Of a DNA stretch of 44,237 nucleotides, positions 35,029 through 44,237 are shown piece by piece (the first letter of the stretch is position 1; every line of letters begins with the position of its first letter). Both the position numbers and the translations under genes were made by a program. The stretch covers positions 1-44,237 of the forward strand of contig USCM01000001.1 of assembly GCA_900553155.1 (NCBI GenBank). Direction: 5' to 3'. This DNA is from an uncultured Prevotella sp. (GTDB lineage: Bacteria; Bacteroidota; Bacteroidia; Bacteroidales; Bacteroidaceae). The notes under the pieces were generated by a model, which saw only the letters and a program-made list of their open reading frames with translations, was not told the DNA's origin and did not search any database.

Positions 35029-36195
35029 CTATTCTTCTTCCGCCGTTATATAACGGGTAGTCGACAGCTTTATCTTTTCGCTGTCATAAGCAGAAGGCTT
35101 AACCGTTACCTTACAGTTGGACTTATTGGCAGCCGAGTTCCACATCTTGTTCCAAATGGCATCCTTCGACAAATACTGAGGATAGCTATGAACCTCAACG
35201 GTGATGCCGTCGCCGTAAGCCTCTATCAGCTTCTTTATGTAATCGTGGTTGATGTCGCTTACAGTAATGACAATCTTGTCTGAATTGTGAGCCACCTGAA
35301 CCTTGATAGGCTTAGCACCCGTAAGCTCATACTCCGAACCCTTGATATACACCTTATTCAACTCGTAGTCGTAGGTACGGATAGCAAAGTCGTCCGACGG
35401 AACCATATTTTCCTGACCGATAGGAATCTCAACCTTTACCTCGTCAACCAAGTCGCGTATGTGGATAGAGGTCTTTATCTCGTCCCAGTCCTTATGGAGC
35501 TGTTCGTGGATATTAACCTCAACATTGCCCTTGTCAAGGCTCTCTACCGGCTCGTCCTTTTTAGAGTTATCAAGGTTCTTGTCCTCGTCAATCTTAATAT
35601 CAGGTATCTCTGTAACGTCTTTTGTATTAACATCAGTCAGCACACCATCCACATGCCAACCGTTAGACTCGCCCGACTTTGCCACATACCAAATAACCTT
35701 AAGCTTGGAATAGTCAAGATTGTCAAACTTGTACTTTGTGTTCTTGTTGGCATTTAATATCGACTCAATAGACGGAACATCTGCTAAAGCCTCGGTAACA
35801 GCCTTGCCGGTAGAGTCGTAAACATACTGACCTACACTACCGCCAGCATACTTCCAATAAGGATAGTCGAGATCTACTGTGCCTGTATTACCTGCATCCA
35901 AGAGCGAACGGCCTGAGCTTGTCTGCGGCCAATAGTTTGTCGAAGGACACGACTCGTATCCCGGAATACGTCTGTCTATACGAATAAAGAAGTGGGCTTG
36001 CTTTGTGTTGGTTGACGCTGCGCGCATCATGGCACGAGAAGTACCCGATACGTCCTTGCCCATAACATAAACCTGAGTGGTGCGGCTTGGGGCAGGAGCA
36101 GGGTCTATGGTCTGCTCGCCTCCAGTAACATTAGCATCCTCACCACATGATGACAGACACAATACTGCCATCATAAAAAGGATCAGCTTTTTCAT
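35029..36195 (-). CDS. Uncharacterised lipoprotein
   Basis: MKK signal with lipobox LSSC; own TATCTTTG promoter element near 36245-36252 and own terminator; WYVAK...GWHVDG motif. Confidence 0.75.
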   Translation of the reverse strand: MKKLILFMMAVLCLSSCGEDANVTGGEQTIDPAPAPSRTTQVYVMGKDVSGTSRAMMRAASTNTKQAHFFIRIDRRIPGYESCPSTNYWPQTSSGRSLLDAGNTGTVDLDYPYWKYAGGSVGQYVYDSTGKAVTEALADVPSIESILNANKNTKYKFDNLDYSKLKVIWYVAKSGESNGWHVDGVLTDVNTKDVTEIPDIKIDEDKNLDNSKKDEPVESLDKGNVEVNIHEQLHKDWDEIKTSIHIRDLVDEVKVEIPIGQENMVPSDDFAIRTYDYELNKVYIKGSEYELTGAKPIKVQVAHNSDKIVITVSDINHDYIKKLIEAYGDGITVEVHSYPQYLSKDAIWNKMWNSAANKSNCKVTVKPSAYDSEKIKLSTTRYITAEEE

Positions 36196-36303
36196 AATAA
36201 TGTTGGTTGTTATACTTAAATCGTTATAGAATATAATATCTTTGCAAAGATATGAAAAGTTATTGAATTACACATTAATATACCAGAAAATCTCTATCTC
36301 TAC

Positions 36304-36876
36304 CTACTCTCTCCACGGAAACTTGCTGTGCGACCTGCTGTCGGTCGACGCATCGGGGTGCACATAGTAGCCTTTCTCGCTTGGCTTGCCGTCTACAAGC
36401 TCCTCCAAGCCACCCTCAGCAGCCTTCTGCTCATGGAACACCTCCTCGTAATCGGGGTCGTGGTCGGATGGCGGCACCACATTAACATCAAAGACAAGAG
36501 TTGCCATTCCTCGCGGAAGTATATTGCCATATAAACGGATGGCATGCTTAACATAACCCACATTTTTAGACGAGTCGAAGGTGAACGACACTATAAGCGA
36601 GTCGTGTGGCGGTATGACGTTAGCATTTAACTTGCCTGCAATGCAACCGCAGGACGGCTGTATGTCGTCGAGCAGCAATGGCGAGTCGCCAATATTACGA
36701 AGTATATACGAGAAGTGAAGTTTCTCGCCAGCTACAATAGGATAGTAATGGCGCACTGAGTCGGTAACGCACAGGGCTGTGGGAAGTATACGCTTCTCAC
36801 AACTCGAGGTTAGCAACGTCAATGCAAACGTCACAGCTGTTGCTAATACACCTAATATGGTTTGGCGCTTTATCAT
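36304..36876 (-). CDS. DUF1573-domain (Ig-like) lipoprotein
   Basis: Lipobox TSSC; LRNIGDSPLLLDDIQPSCGC...IPP signature. Confidence 0.8.
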   Translation of the reverse strand: MIKRQTILGVLATAVTFALTLLTSSCEKRILPTALCVTDSVRHYYPIVAGEKLHFSYILRNIGDSPLLLDDIQPSCGCIAGKLNANVIPPHDSLIVSFTFDSSKNVGYVKHAIRLYGNILPRGMATLVFDVNVVPPSDHDPDYEEVFHEQKAAEGGLEELVDGKPSEKGYYVHPDASTDSRSHSKFPWRE

Positions 36877-36882
36877 ATTCTA

Positions 36883-39007
36883 CTACATTACTTCAATTTC
36901 GTCAACAGCAATCGTCGCCCTACCCGAGCGTTCGGCTTTGTTGACCTTTATCTCAACCGGAGCAGATACCTTAACTCCAGAAAGCATAACCTTTACACTA
37001 TTGCGACCTTCGTTTGCCACTGGCATTGTCTTGCCTATGAGCTTGCCTCCCTGCCAAACCTCGACACTTGCCGGAGCAAAGATGTGCCACTGGGGTGCCT
37101 GAAGGAATGTAAACTGCAATGTGGCATTACCAGATAATTTGCCTTGTGGAACAGTCAACACCACCTGGGCAGCCGAGTTGAGCACCCAACCGGTGTGATA
37201 ATCGGATGCAAAACCTGCCTTGCCGTCGGTCAGAACAGAGAGGTCGGCATATTCGGGGTCGAGCTTGGTTGTGGATGTAAGCGTTGCGCCACGCAGCTTG
37301 TTGCCGTTGTTGGCAACCCACGGCGACGACGTGCGCCACTCGCTGATGTACTGGTCTACCTCGCCAAAGCTTTCACGATAGTTGGCAAGGTCTTTGAAAG
37401 CTGTGTGTGCCGATAGCAACGACAGCAGTTCGCCCTTCGTTGCAGCCGAAGGAGCCGCGGGCTTAAGGCGCAACAGCTCAAGACGTGTAAAGGCGAGAGC
37501 TGTCAACATCTCGTTGATGTTGCGTCGCTCGGTGTCTACCGCCTTGCCCTTGCCGCCGTCGAGCTTATGCCAGAAGGCGTCCAACGCTGCCCCGTCGAGA
37601 TACGTGTGGGCAGCCTCGCCAATGCCGCTGTACGGATTGAGCGTTGCCTTCTGTGCCTTGTCCTCGAGCGACAGATAGTAGTCGGCATAGATAGGAGCCG
37701 TCACAGGGTATGCCTTGCCATAGTAGTGGCGCACAAGCTGTGTTATGTCGGCATCTGGATTGAGCATCAGTTGTGCCACGACGTATGTCTGCACATCGTC
37801 GAAGGAGGCATAGTCGTAGCCGCTGCCGTTATAGAACACGCCGTCGACGCCCATCTTCTTGAAGTATTGCAGACGTGCCTTGATGTGCTCAAGGCATGGG
37901 TATGGCGTGATGTAGTCGTCGAAGTTGCGCATATAATCCCATACATATATATGCTTGGAAGCGCTTTTCCACGATTTCATCGTTGCCTCAAACTTGCGCT
38001 GTTCGGCGGTAGAACCGTCCATCTTGGTTTGCAACGGCAGTACCAGCGTACTTACAAGCACGCCCACATTGTCGGGCAGGCGGTGTGTAGGCGGTGGTAT
38101 AGGATGATGTAAAGAACTGGTGCTTGGGGAAACGGTGCGCCAATCGCTCCACCATCTTCGTAACGGCTGGTGTTGCCGATGTAGCCGTATTGCCCGCAGC
38201 ACGACAGGTAGGACACTGACATACGGTAGAATTGTCGTTTGGCATAACGGCAAAACGCACGATTTCATCGTTGTTTCCGTCGCCATATTGGTCTATCACG
38301 TAGGCTTCGTATGCCTTATAAAGCTTCTCGCTTGAGAAGCAGAACTGGCTCTCGTCGCGCTTTCCGCCTACCATGGCGTATGCCTCTTGGGGTATGCCGT
38401 CTGTGAAGACCTTGCGCAGGTTGTGTCCCCACAAGCCCCAGTCGAAGTCTACGTTGTGTGTGCCGAGTATCGGCATGAGGTCGGCATTGGTGTTGGAGGG
38501 CGAGTAGATGCCACGATATTCAAAGGCGAAGCTGCCGGCAGTGTCCTGGGTGCAGCTCAGCACCGAGGCTGGCAGGTCGTCGGTTGTAAAGCGGCGGTCT
38601 TGCTCGGAGGCAGCTGCCATAAACTGATATTGCAGCCACAGCATAGCCTCCGTGGTGCGTGCACGCAGCGTGAGGTGCTGCTCGTCGCGCTCCACGGCAT
38701 AGTCGGTCGACATATTGGGGTCGAGGTCTACGTTTACTTGCAGCTGACTGCCGTCGGCTGCCTTTGCCGCTATGACGCAATCCTTGTCGGTGGCACGCTT
38801 CTGGAAATGACTCTTCAGATACGTAGCCCACTTTACGTCGGCTGCATCGTCGGCGTTGGCGGCGCACACTGCATACTCACTATATTGCGTGAAAGGCGGC
38901 ACGGCAGCCTGTCCACAGCTCGCCATCATCAGCAACGGAATCACAAAGACAGCCGAAAGCGATGAAATGGGGCTTTTTTGCTTAGAATGTAATTGATAGT
39001 TGTGCAT
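36883..39007 (-). pseudogene. DUF4838-like glycoside-hydrolase-related lipoprotein, split by a frameshift at about 38078-38098
   Basis: ORF 37988-39007 gives lipobox MASC, FEYRGIY, QFCFS and PND....CQCPTC. ORF 36883-38286 continues LPDNVGV...IYVWDY..NFDDY..PYP...GVDGVF and ends in a CBM/F5-8-like domain. The two frames cross at an 11-bp repeat. Confidence 0.75.
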
Positions 39008-41948
39008 CTATATTGAAGAGATTTTTATACTTTATCGTTGAATACTCCGTTTTCTTGTACAGTGTACCCGTACACTGCTTGTTCTGCGTATAGTATGTAT
39101 ACCACGAGCCGAGCACTCCACAGGTGACGTTCTTCGTCAGACGATACTGTCCGCCGAGACCCACCATAGTGTTGAGGTGGTTGAAGGTGCCGGGCATTGC
39201 AAAGTCGATCATCGTTACCTCTGGTGCCGAGCCTATGCTGCCCACAACCTGGATGTTGGTCTTGCCGTCGTTAAGCGGATAATACTTGGCTTGTGCCGAG
39301 AGATTGAAGTAAAGCTTCGATTTCATCGTATAGGCATCTACCTTCGAGTTGATATAGAAGTCGTCGATGGTCTTGCTCACCCCTACACCGCCACTTATGA
39401 GGCTGGTATACGAGTGGTCCCAACGGTCGAACACCCATCCGGCGTCGTCGGCGCCTGCCGCCGACGCGCCCTGCCACTTAAACATCTTCTCGTACGAGTT
39501 GATGCGGCGGTAGTTGGCATGTGCCTCCACCTCCCAATCGTTGTTCAGGTTGCGCTGAACCTGAACCGAGGCAAATATCTGCGGGAAGTACTTGTTTGCC
39601 CATCCGGCTTGTGCCGTGGCTTGCCACTTGTCGTCAAACTTGTGTGTCCACGCTCCAATAATCTGCACACCAGTGCCTCCCGACGTCTGTTCCTCGGGGT
39701 CGGCACCTGCCACGGCGCCCTCACGTCCGGCATAGTTCATCTTTACCGACATGTCGTTCTTGTCGTCGAGCTTGCGTGTATACTCGGCGGTGGCTATGGC
39801 TGTAAGCATATCTTGCTCGCCAAAGCGGCCTTGCAGATACTCAAGGTTTATGCCGTTGCGGTGGCCTCTCGACTGTAGAGAGCCGAGATGACGATAGAAG
39901 TCGGCAGCCTCGGCATAGCCTGGCTGGTAATGTTTCTGATAGACGTATGCCGAATCGTACTGGTGCTTGGCCTCGAAAGCCAATCCCTTGGTATATAGCA
40001 GCGTGCGGTTGTCGCGGTCGAACACCAGTGCAGAGTCGACCACAGCTATGGCAGAGTCGGGCTGATGTGCCTTGATAAGCACGCCTGCCCAGTCGGCGCT
40101 ATTGGTAGAGAAGGCTCTAACGAGCAATGTGTCGCCTGCATAATCGTCTATCGACGAGCGCAGAATATTCACGGCATCGGCAAAGTCGCCGTTGCGGTGG
40201 AGTATGGTGGCTTGCTTCACGAGGTAGAAGCGGTCGTCGGGATAGTTGTTGCGGCCCTGAAGTACAAGGCGGTCGAAGTCGCTCCAATAGCCAAGCTGTG
40301 CCGATGTGTTGACGGCATACTGCAGTCCGCGCTCCGAGGCGGGATAGAGGCTCAGCAGCTCCATGCTTGCCTCGTAAGCCTTCTTGGTGGCGCCGTTTGC
40401 CATAAGGTCCTTGATATACGGCGTGGCTATATCCTCGTAGTTGCTTATATACTGATAGCGCAAGAACTCGTCGTCTGCCTTGGCAGCCTCTTCCTTAAGG
40501 AAGTTGAGTGCCTTGACTATGCGTCCACGGTGTACAAGGAGGTCGGCTCGCTTGTCTACATAATCAGATCGTGAGGGGAATTTCTCGTGCATAGCCATCA
40601 ATGCCTCCTCGGCGGCGTCGTATCGGCGCAGACCGATGTTGCAGGTATAGATGCGCGAGAAAGCCGACTCGCGTGTCTCGCGGTCGGAAGCGTGCTCCGT
40701 AACAAACTTAAGCATAGACAAGGCATCGGCGTATGCACCGTCGTCCATCAGTCGGCGAGCCTGGTCAAGGCGCAGACGGGAGAGTGCATCAGCCACCTCC
40801 TCATTCTGCGGACTGCGCTCGTACAGACGTGTAAGCAGACCATTGGCTGTGCGCTCGTTGCCCATGCGCTTGTTGATGATGTATGCCTTGTACAGCAGGT
40901 CGGGTGTGTCGCCCCTGCGCTTGCGTGCCTGTCCTATGTAGTAGAGGGCGTCCTCGTAGTAGCCGCGCGACATCGAGGTGTTGAGCAGATAGTCGAGCGA
41001 CTCGTCGCTCTTCGACTGTTCGAACACTTTGCCGTACAACACGTATGGGTCTTGGTTGGCTTCCATACGTGCGGCGTCCAACTGCAAGGAGTTGAAGAAG
41101 CTCGACAGCTTGCCGCTGTGGTTGCGCTTCATGCACAACTTGACGAAAGCCATTGCCTCCGGATATCGGTTTTCTTCTGCCAGGATGCCTGCCTTCTTTA
41201 TCACAAGAGCGGTGCTTCCGGGTATATTCTGCACTCCGCGGTCGGCAATGTCGATGGCATCCGAACGCTTGCCCTGCTGAAGCAGCATGTTTGAGAGCGA
41301 CAGATAATACTCTTCGCTGGTGGGGTTCTGCTCTATCAAGGCACGCAGCGACTCTATGGTAGCCGTCTTGTCGCCCTTCTTGCGTTCTGCAAGATACTGC
41401 TCCTCAAGCCTGCCGGCAAGGTCGCGTTTAAGGGTAGGGTCGTTGGGATAGACCTGGCAGATACGGCGCAGCAGTCGGTCGGCTTCCACATCATTGCCTT
41501 GCTTGCGGAAGAGGGCTATCTTGCGGCGCCACAATCCCTTCCAGTAGGGATTGACCTGCAATAGCTCGTTGACGTAGCAGATGGCGCTGGAGTAGTTCTT
41601 TGTTTTCTCCTCCACATCCACAAGCATCTGCTTGGCAAGCACGTTGTCGTTGTTGTCGCGCAGGGCGCGCACCAAGTAGTAGCGTGCATCGTCAAACTGT
41701 TGGCGGTGCAGATAGTAGGATCCGGCAAGCTCGTTAAGGCCGGAGATGTCGTTGTAGTGCTCCAGTCCTTCGTCGAGCAGTCGCTTGCCGCCGTTCCAGT
41801 CGCCTCGCTTGAATGCCTTGCGCACAGTATGCTCATAGTAGTCGGGGGTATGTATATCATTGCTGCGCTGGAAGCCGTCGGCACCCAGCACCACAACGGT
41901 AAACGTAACCGCGAGGAGCAGACTAAGAAAGATACTGAATTTACGCAT
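38982..41948 (-). CDS. TPR-repeat protein with a C-terminal outer-membrane beta-barrel (YaiO/PgaA/BcsC-like export architecture)
   Basis: Signal peptide, about 670 aa of TPR-like helical repeats, then about 290 aa of alternating amphipathic strands ending in Phe (AQLSITF). Confidence 0.8.
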   Translation of the reverse strand: MRKFSIFLSLLLAVTFTVVVLGADGFQRSNDIHTPDYYEHTVRKAFKRGDWNGGKRLLDEGLEHYNDISGLNELAGSYYLHRQQFDDARYYLVRALRDNNDNVLAKQMLVDVEEKTKNYSSAICYVNELLQVNPYWKGLWRRKIALFRKQGNDVEADRLLRRICQVYPNDPTLKRDLAGRLEEQYLAERKKGDKTATIESLRALIEQNPTSEEYYLSLSNMLLQQGKRSDAIDIADRGVQNIPGSTALVIKKAGILAEENRYPEAMAFVKLCMKRNHSGKLSSFFNSLQLDAARMEANQDPYVLYGKVFEQSKSDESLDYLLNTSMSRGYYEDALYYIGQARKRRGDTPDLLYKAYIINKRMGNERTANGLLTRLYERSPQNEEVADALSRLRLDQARRLMDDGAYADALSMLKFVTEHASDRETRESAFSRIYTCNIGLRRYDAAEEALMAMHEKFPSRSDYVDKRADLLVHRGRIVKALNFLKEEAAKADDEFLRYQYISNYEDIATPYIKDLMANGATKKAYEASMELLSLYPASERGLQYAVNTSAQLGYWSDFDRLVLQGRNNYPDDRFYLVKQATILHRNGDFADAVNILRSSIDDYAGDTLLVRAFSTNSADWAGVLIKAHQPDSAIAVVDSALVFDRDNRTLLYTKGLAFEAKHQYDSAYVYQKHYQPGYAEAADFYRHLGSLQSRGHRNGINLEYLQGRFGEQDMLTAIATAEYTRKLDDKNDMSVKMNYAGREGAVAGADPEEQTSGGTGVQIIGAWTHKFDDKWQATAQAGWANKYFPQIFASVQVQRNLNNDWEVEAHANYRRINSYEKMFKWQGASAAGADDAGWVFDRWDHSYTSLISGGVGVSKTIDDFYINSKVDAYTMKSKLYFNLSAQAKYYPLNDGKTNIQVVGSIGSAPEVTMIDFAMPGTFNHLNTMVGLGGQYRLTKNVTCGVLGSWYTYYTQNKQCTGTLYKKTEYSTIKYKNLFNIDAQLSITF

Positions 41949-41978
41949 ATATTGTTTTGTTTTATTAATTCATTGTCA

Positions 41979-43409
41979 TTACGACACCGCCTTGGTGGGC
42001 TTCTTGGCGAATCCCTGACGCGTCATCTCGCCCCATACGATGCGCTGCTTTGTGATAAACTTCATATAGCCTCTCAAAGAGAAGAACACGATAAGGGGAT
42101 GATACACAAATGGCTCAAGCAGTGCCGCAACTATCAGTCGCAGATAGGCAAAGCCCTTCATCTTGGTCTGCGTATAGTCGTAGTAGATAACGACGAGCGA
42201 CAGCTGCACGCAGAACACGTACATCACGGCGAAGATAATGGCTGCCGTACCCCAGTTTACGCCGCCCGTAAAGGCGAGGTATATGGTCGTTAGCAAACCC
42301 ACAAACTCTATCACCGGTGCCAACAGCTCGAAGATGAACTGGTGCGGCATGGTGATGAGTCCAAGTTGCCGGTACTTCTTCTTGAACATCATTCGGTAGT
42401 ACTTGCCAAAGGTCTGTATCAAGCCGTGGCCCCAACGGGTGCGCTGTCGGTTAAGAATCTTGAGGTTGCCGGGACCCTCCGTCCAGCAGCATGTGTCGGG
42501 TATCTGCACCACACGATACTTGCGGTTGAAGTCGCAGCAATAGCCTATCATACGTATCAGCATGTCCTCGTCCTCGGCGAGCGAGTCGCTGGAGTAGCCT
42601 CCGGCTGCTATAGCCACCTCGGTGTCGAACATACCGTAGCCACCCGACACGTTAGGCATGGCGTTTATGGCGCTCCACCCCATCTTGCCCACCATGAAGG
42701 AGCGCAGATACTCCAACGTCTGGAACAGCGGTATTGGGCTCCACGGTATGCGATACTCTATCAGCTCGCCGTCTTCCACCCTTGAGCCATTGGACATGTT
42801 CATCACACCCGACACGGCTATAACGTCGTTCATCTCTATCATAGGGCGCACACACTTCATAATGGCGTCCTTGGCAAGAATACAGTCTACGTCGGTGTTG
42901 ATGAAGTAAGGGTAGCGTGCAACGTTCAGTCCGCCGTTCACGGCATCCGCCTTGGTACCGCCGTTCACCTTGTCGACCACTCGCAGACGCTGATACTTGG
43001 GGTTGGTGGAGGTGAAGAGACGCTTGAAAGGCTTGGCGGATATGCGCATACGATAGTTGTATGGTGTCTCCACAAGGTCGAAGTTGTCTATCATCTCCTG
43101 CAAGGTGTTGTCCTTGGAGCCGTCGTTAACGATAACAATCTCAAACTTTGGATAGTCCTGCGACAGCAACGACTTTACGTTGTTCACGATTGTCTTCTCC
43201 TCGTTGTAGGCAGGCGCAACGATAGACACGCCCGGCGTATAGGGCGAGTGGCGGAAAATCTGCTTTACATACGAGTCGGACATCGTGTGGCGGTGCTTGC
43301 GCTGCTCTGTGTAGGCGAGCCATATCAGCATAACGTAGGATGCGATAAGCGCCAGAGAGTAGAAGAACACCACATAGCCGTAGGTGTATAAGATGATATC
43401 TTTTAACAT
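41979..43409 (-). CDS. Processive GT2 glycan synthase (PgaC/IcaA/BcsA-like)
   Basis: APAYNEE, NDGSKD, KADA.N, DVD, AED and QRTRW (D,D,D,QxxRW); one N-terminal and about 3 C-terminal TM segments. Confidence 0.92.
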   Translation of the reverse strand: MLKDIILYTYGYVVFFYSLALIASYVMLIWLAYTEQRKHRHTMSDSYVKQIFRHSPYTPGVSIVAPAYNEEKTIVNNVKSLLSQDYPKFEIVIVNDGSKDNTLQEMIDNFDLVETPYNYRMRISAKPFKRLFTSTNPKYQRLRVVDKVNGGTKADAVNGGLNVARYPYFINTDVDCILAKDAIMKCVRPMIEMNDVIAVSGVMNMSNGSRVEDGELIEYRIPWSPIPLFQTLEYLRSFMVGKMGWSAINAMPNVSGGYGMFDTEVAIAAGGYSSDSLAEDEDMLIRMIGYCCDFNRKYRVVQIPDTCCWTEGPGNLKILNRQRTRWGHGLIQTFGKYYRMMFKKKYRQLGLITMPHQFIFELLAPVIEFVGLLTTIYLAFTGGVNWGTAAIIFAVMYVFCVQLSLVVIYYDYTQTKMKGFAYLRLIVAALLEPFVYHPLIVFFSLRGYMKFITKQRIVWGEMTRQGFAKKPTKAVS

Positions 43410-43457
43410 TCGGGTTTGTCTTTATTTTGGGGTGAATTGTCCTTATTTGTGGTTGAT

Positions 43458-44237
43458 TTATTCTATCATTGGGTCTACAAGCACCGCCCTCACTTCCTTG
43501 AACAGCAGCAAGTCGTTCTCGTCGGCCGAGCTTTCGAGCAGCTCAAACGTCTCTCGGCTCTCCTCGTTGTACCAGTACATGCACATCAGTATGGCAAACT
43601 TGGTGGTGGCTACGGTCGACTCGCCGTAGGCTCCCACGTAGAAAGGCAGCGCCTTGCCCGACCGTATGCGCAGGATGGTGTACAGCGTAAGCTCCTTTAG
43701 CTCCTCCGTCTGCTGCGAGTAGGCTTGCTCGAGGGCTTGCTCGGCATACGCGAACTTGGCTATGCCCATGCACTGTATGGCGGCGCTGCGGTAGAGTGTA
43801 TTGTCGGCGGTAATGTAGACGCGCATCTTGTTGATATCCTCGTACGTGCCCCAGTAGGCCACCTCGCGTATAAGGCACGACTTAAGTTGTGGGTCGGGAC
43901 AATGGTGTACAATCGGCACGAGCGACGGTATCTCCTTGCCGCCTAACTTTCGGGCTCGCAACATGTGGTGTACCTCGAGGCTGTCCCAGGGTCGATACTC
44001 GTAGTCTACATTCTTGTCGATGAAGAACCGGAAGGGTTCGTACTCGCTCAACCATACGTAGAACATACGCACCTCCTTACGCACCATATGGCTCGTGGAG
44101 CTTAGCAATCGAACCAAGATCGACTCTGCCACGTCTATCATCAAGAACTGCGACAGCTGCAACGACATGATGCGGTCGTGATATGAGCCGAAGGTTAGCT
44201 CGTTTTCCACGAATCCATAGAGTCCGAACACGCGCAC
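43458..44237 (-). CDS. HEAT-repeat-like helical protein (3' part; start lies beyond the window)
   Basis: Open to the window edge; helical repeats such as LYRSAAIQCMG; directly upstream of the GT2 gene. Confidence 0.6.
   Translation of the reverse strand: MRVFGLYGFVENELTFGSYHDRIMSLQLSQFLMIDVAESILVRLLSSTSHMVRKEVRMFYVWLSEYEPFRFFIDKNVDYEYRPWDSLEVHHMLRARKLGGKEIPSLVPIVHHCPDPQLKSCLIREVAYWGTYEDINKMRVYITADNTLYRSAAIQCMGIAKFAYAEQALEQAYSQQTEELKELTLYTILRIRSGKALPFYVGAYGESTVATTKFAILMCMYWYNEESRETFELLESSADENDLLLFKEVRAVLVDPMIE

Noticed and set aside
32880..36300. tRNA-anchored genomic island
   Set aside because: No integrase and no duplicated tRNA 3' end were seen; the accessory-looking genes lie on the 5' side of the tRNA.
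36883..38286. Independent 467-aa gene starting at 38286
   Set aside because: Its first 60 or so residues are an out-of-frame overlap; it is the C-terminal half of the frameshifted DUF4838-like gene.

Overview
Bacteroidales (Prevotella-like) chromosomal window, judged from gene content and TAnnTTTG promoter elements. It holds mostly housekeeping genes: the 5' part of rpsL, DUF3467, a BASS transporter, gltB-gltD, an orphan histidine kinase, a PfkB kinase, a long RluA, an AAA-ATPase/PD-(D/E)XK protein, pyrE-SRPBCC-argH, comF-recX-prmC, three tRNAs, a 2629-aa T9SS-type subtilase, a cysteine desulfidase-like enzyme, DsbD, a membrane AraC and an orphan HTH antitoxin. Five things stand out. (1) A minus-strand operon at the right end (HEAT-like protein, processive GT2 synthase, TPR plus beta-barrel porin, DUF4838-like hydrolase lipoprotein, DUF1573 lipoprotein) looks like an uncharacterised synthase-dependent exopolysaccharide secretion system. 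(2) Its hydrolase gene is frameshifted at an 11-bp tandem repeat, and one added unit restores the frame. (3) A 950-bp non-coding region after gltD has nested inverted repeats resembling a multi-site inverton. (4) Period-7 repeat arrays occur both between gltB and gltD and in-frame inside rluA. (5) A compact candidate sRNA with its own promoter, a cUUCGg hairpin and a terminator lies upstream of tRNA-Arg. All family calls are from motif recognition; no database searches were run.
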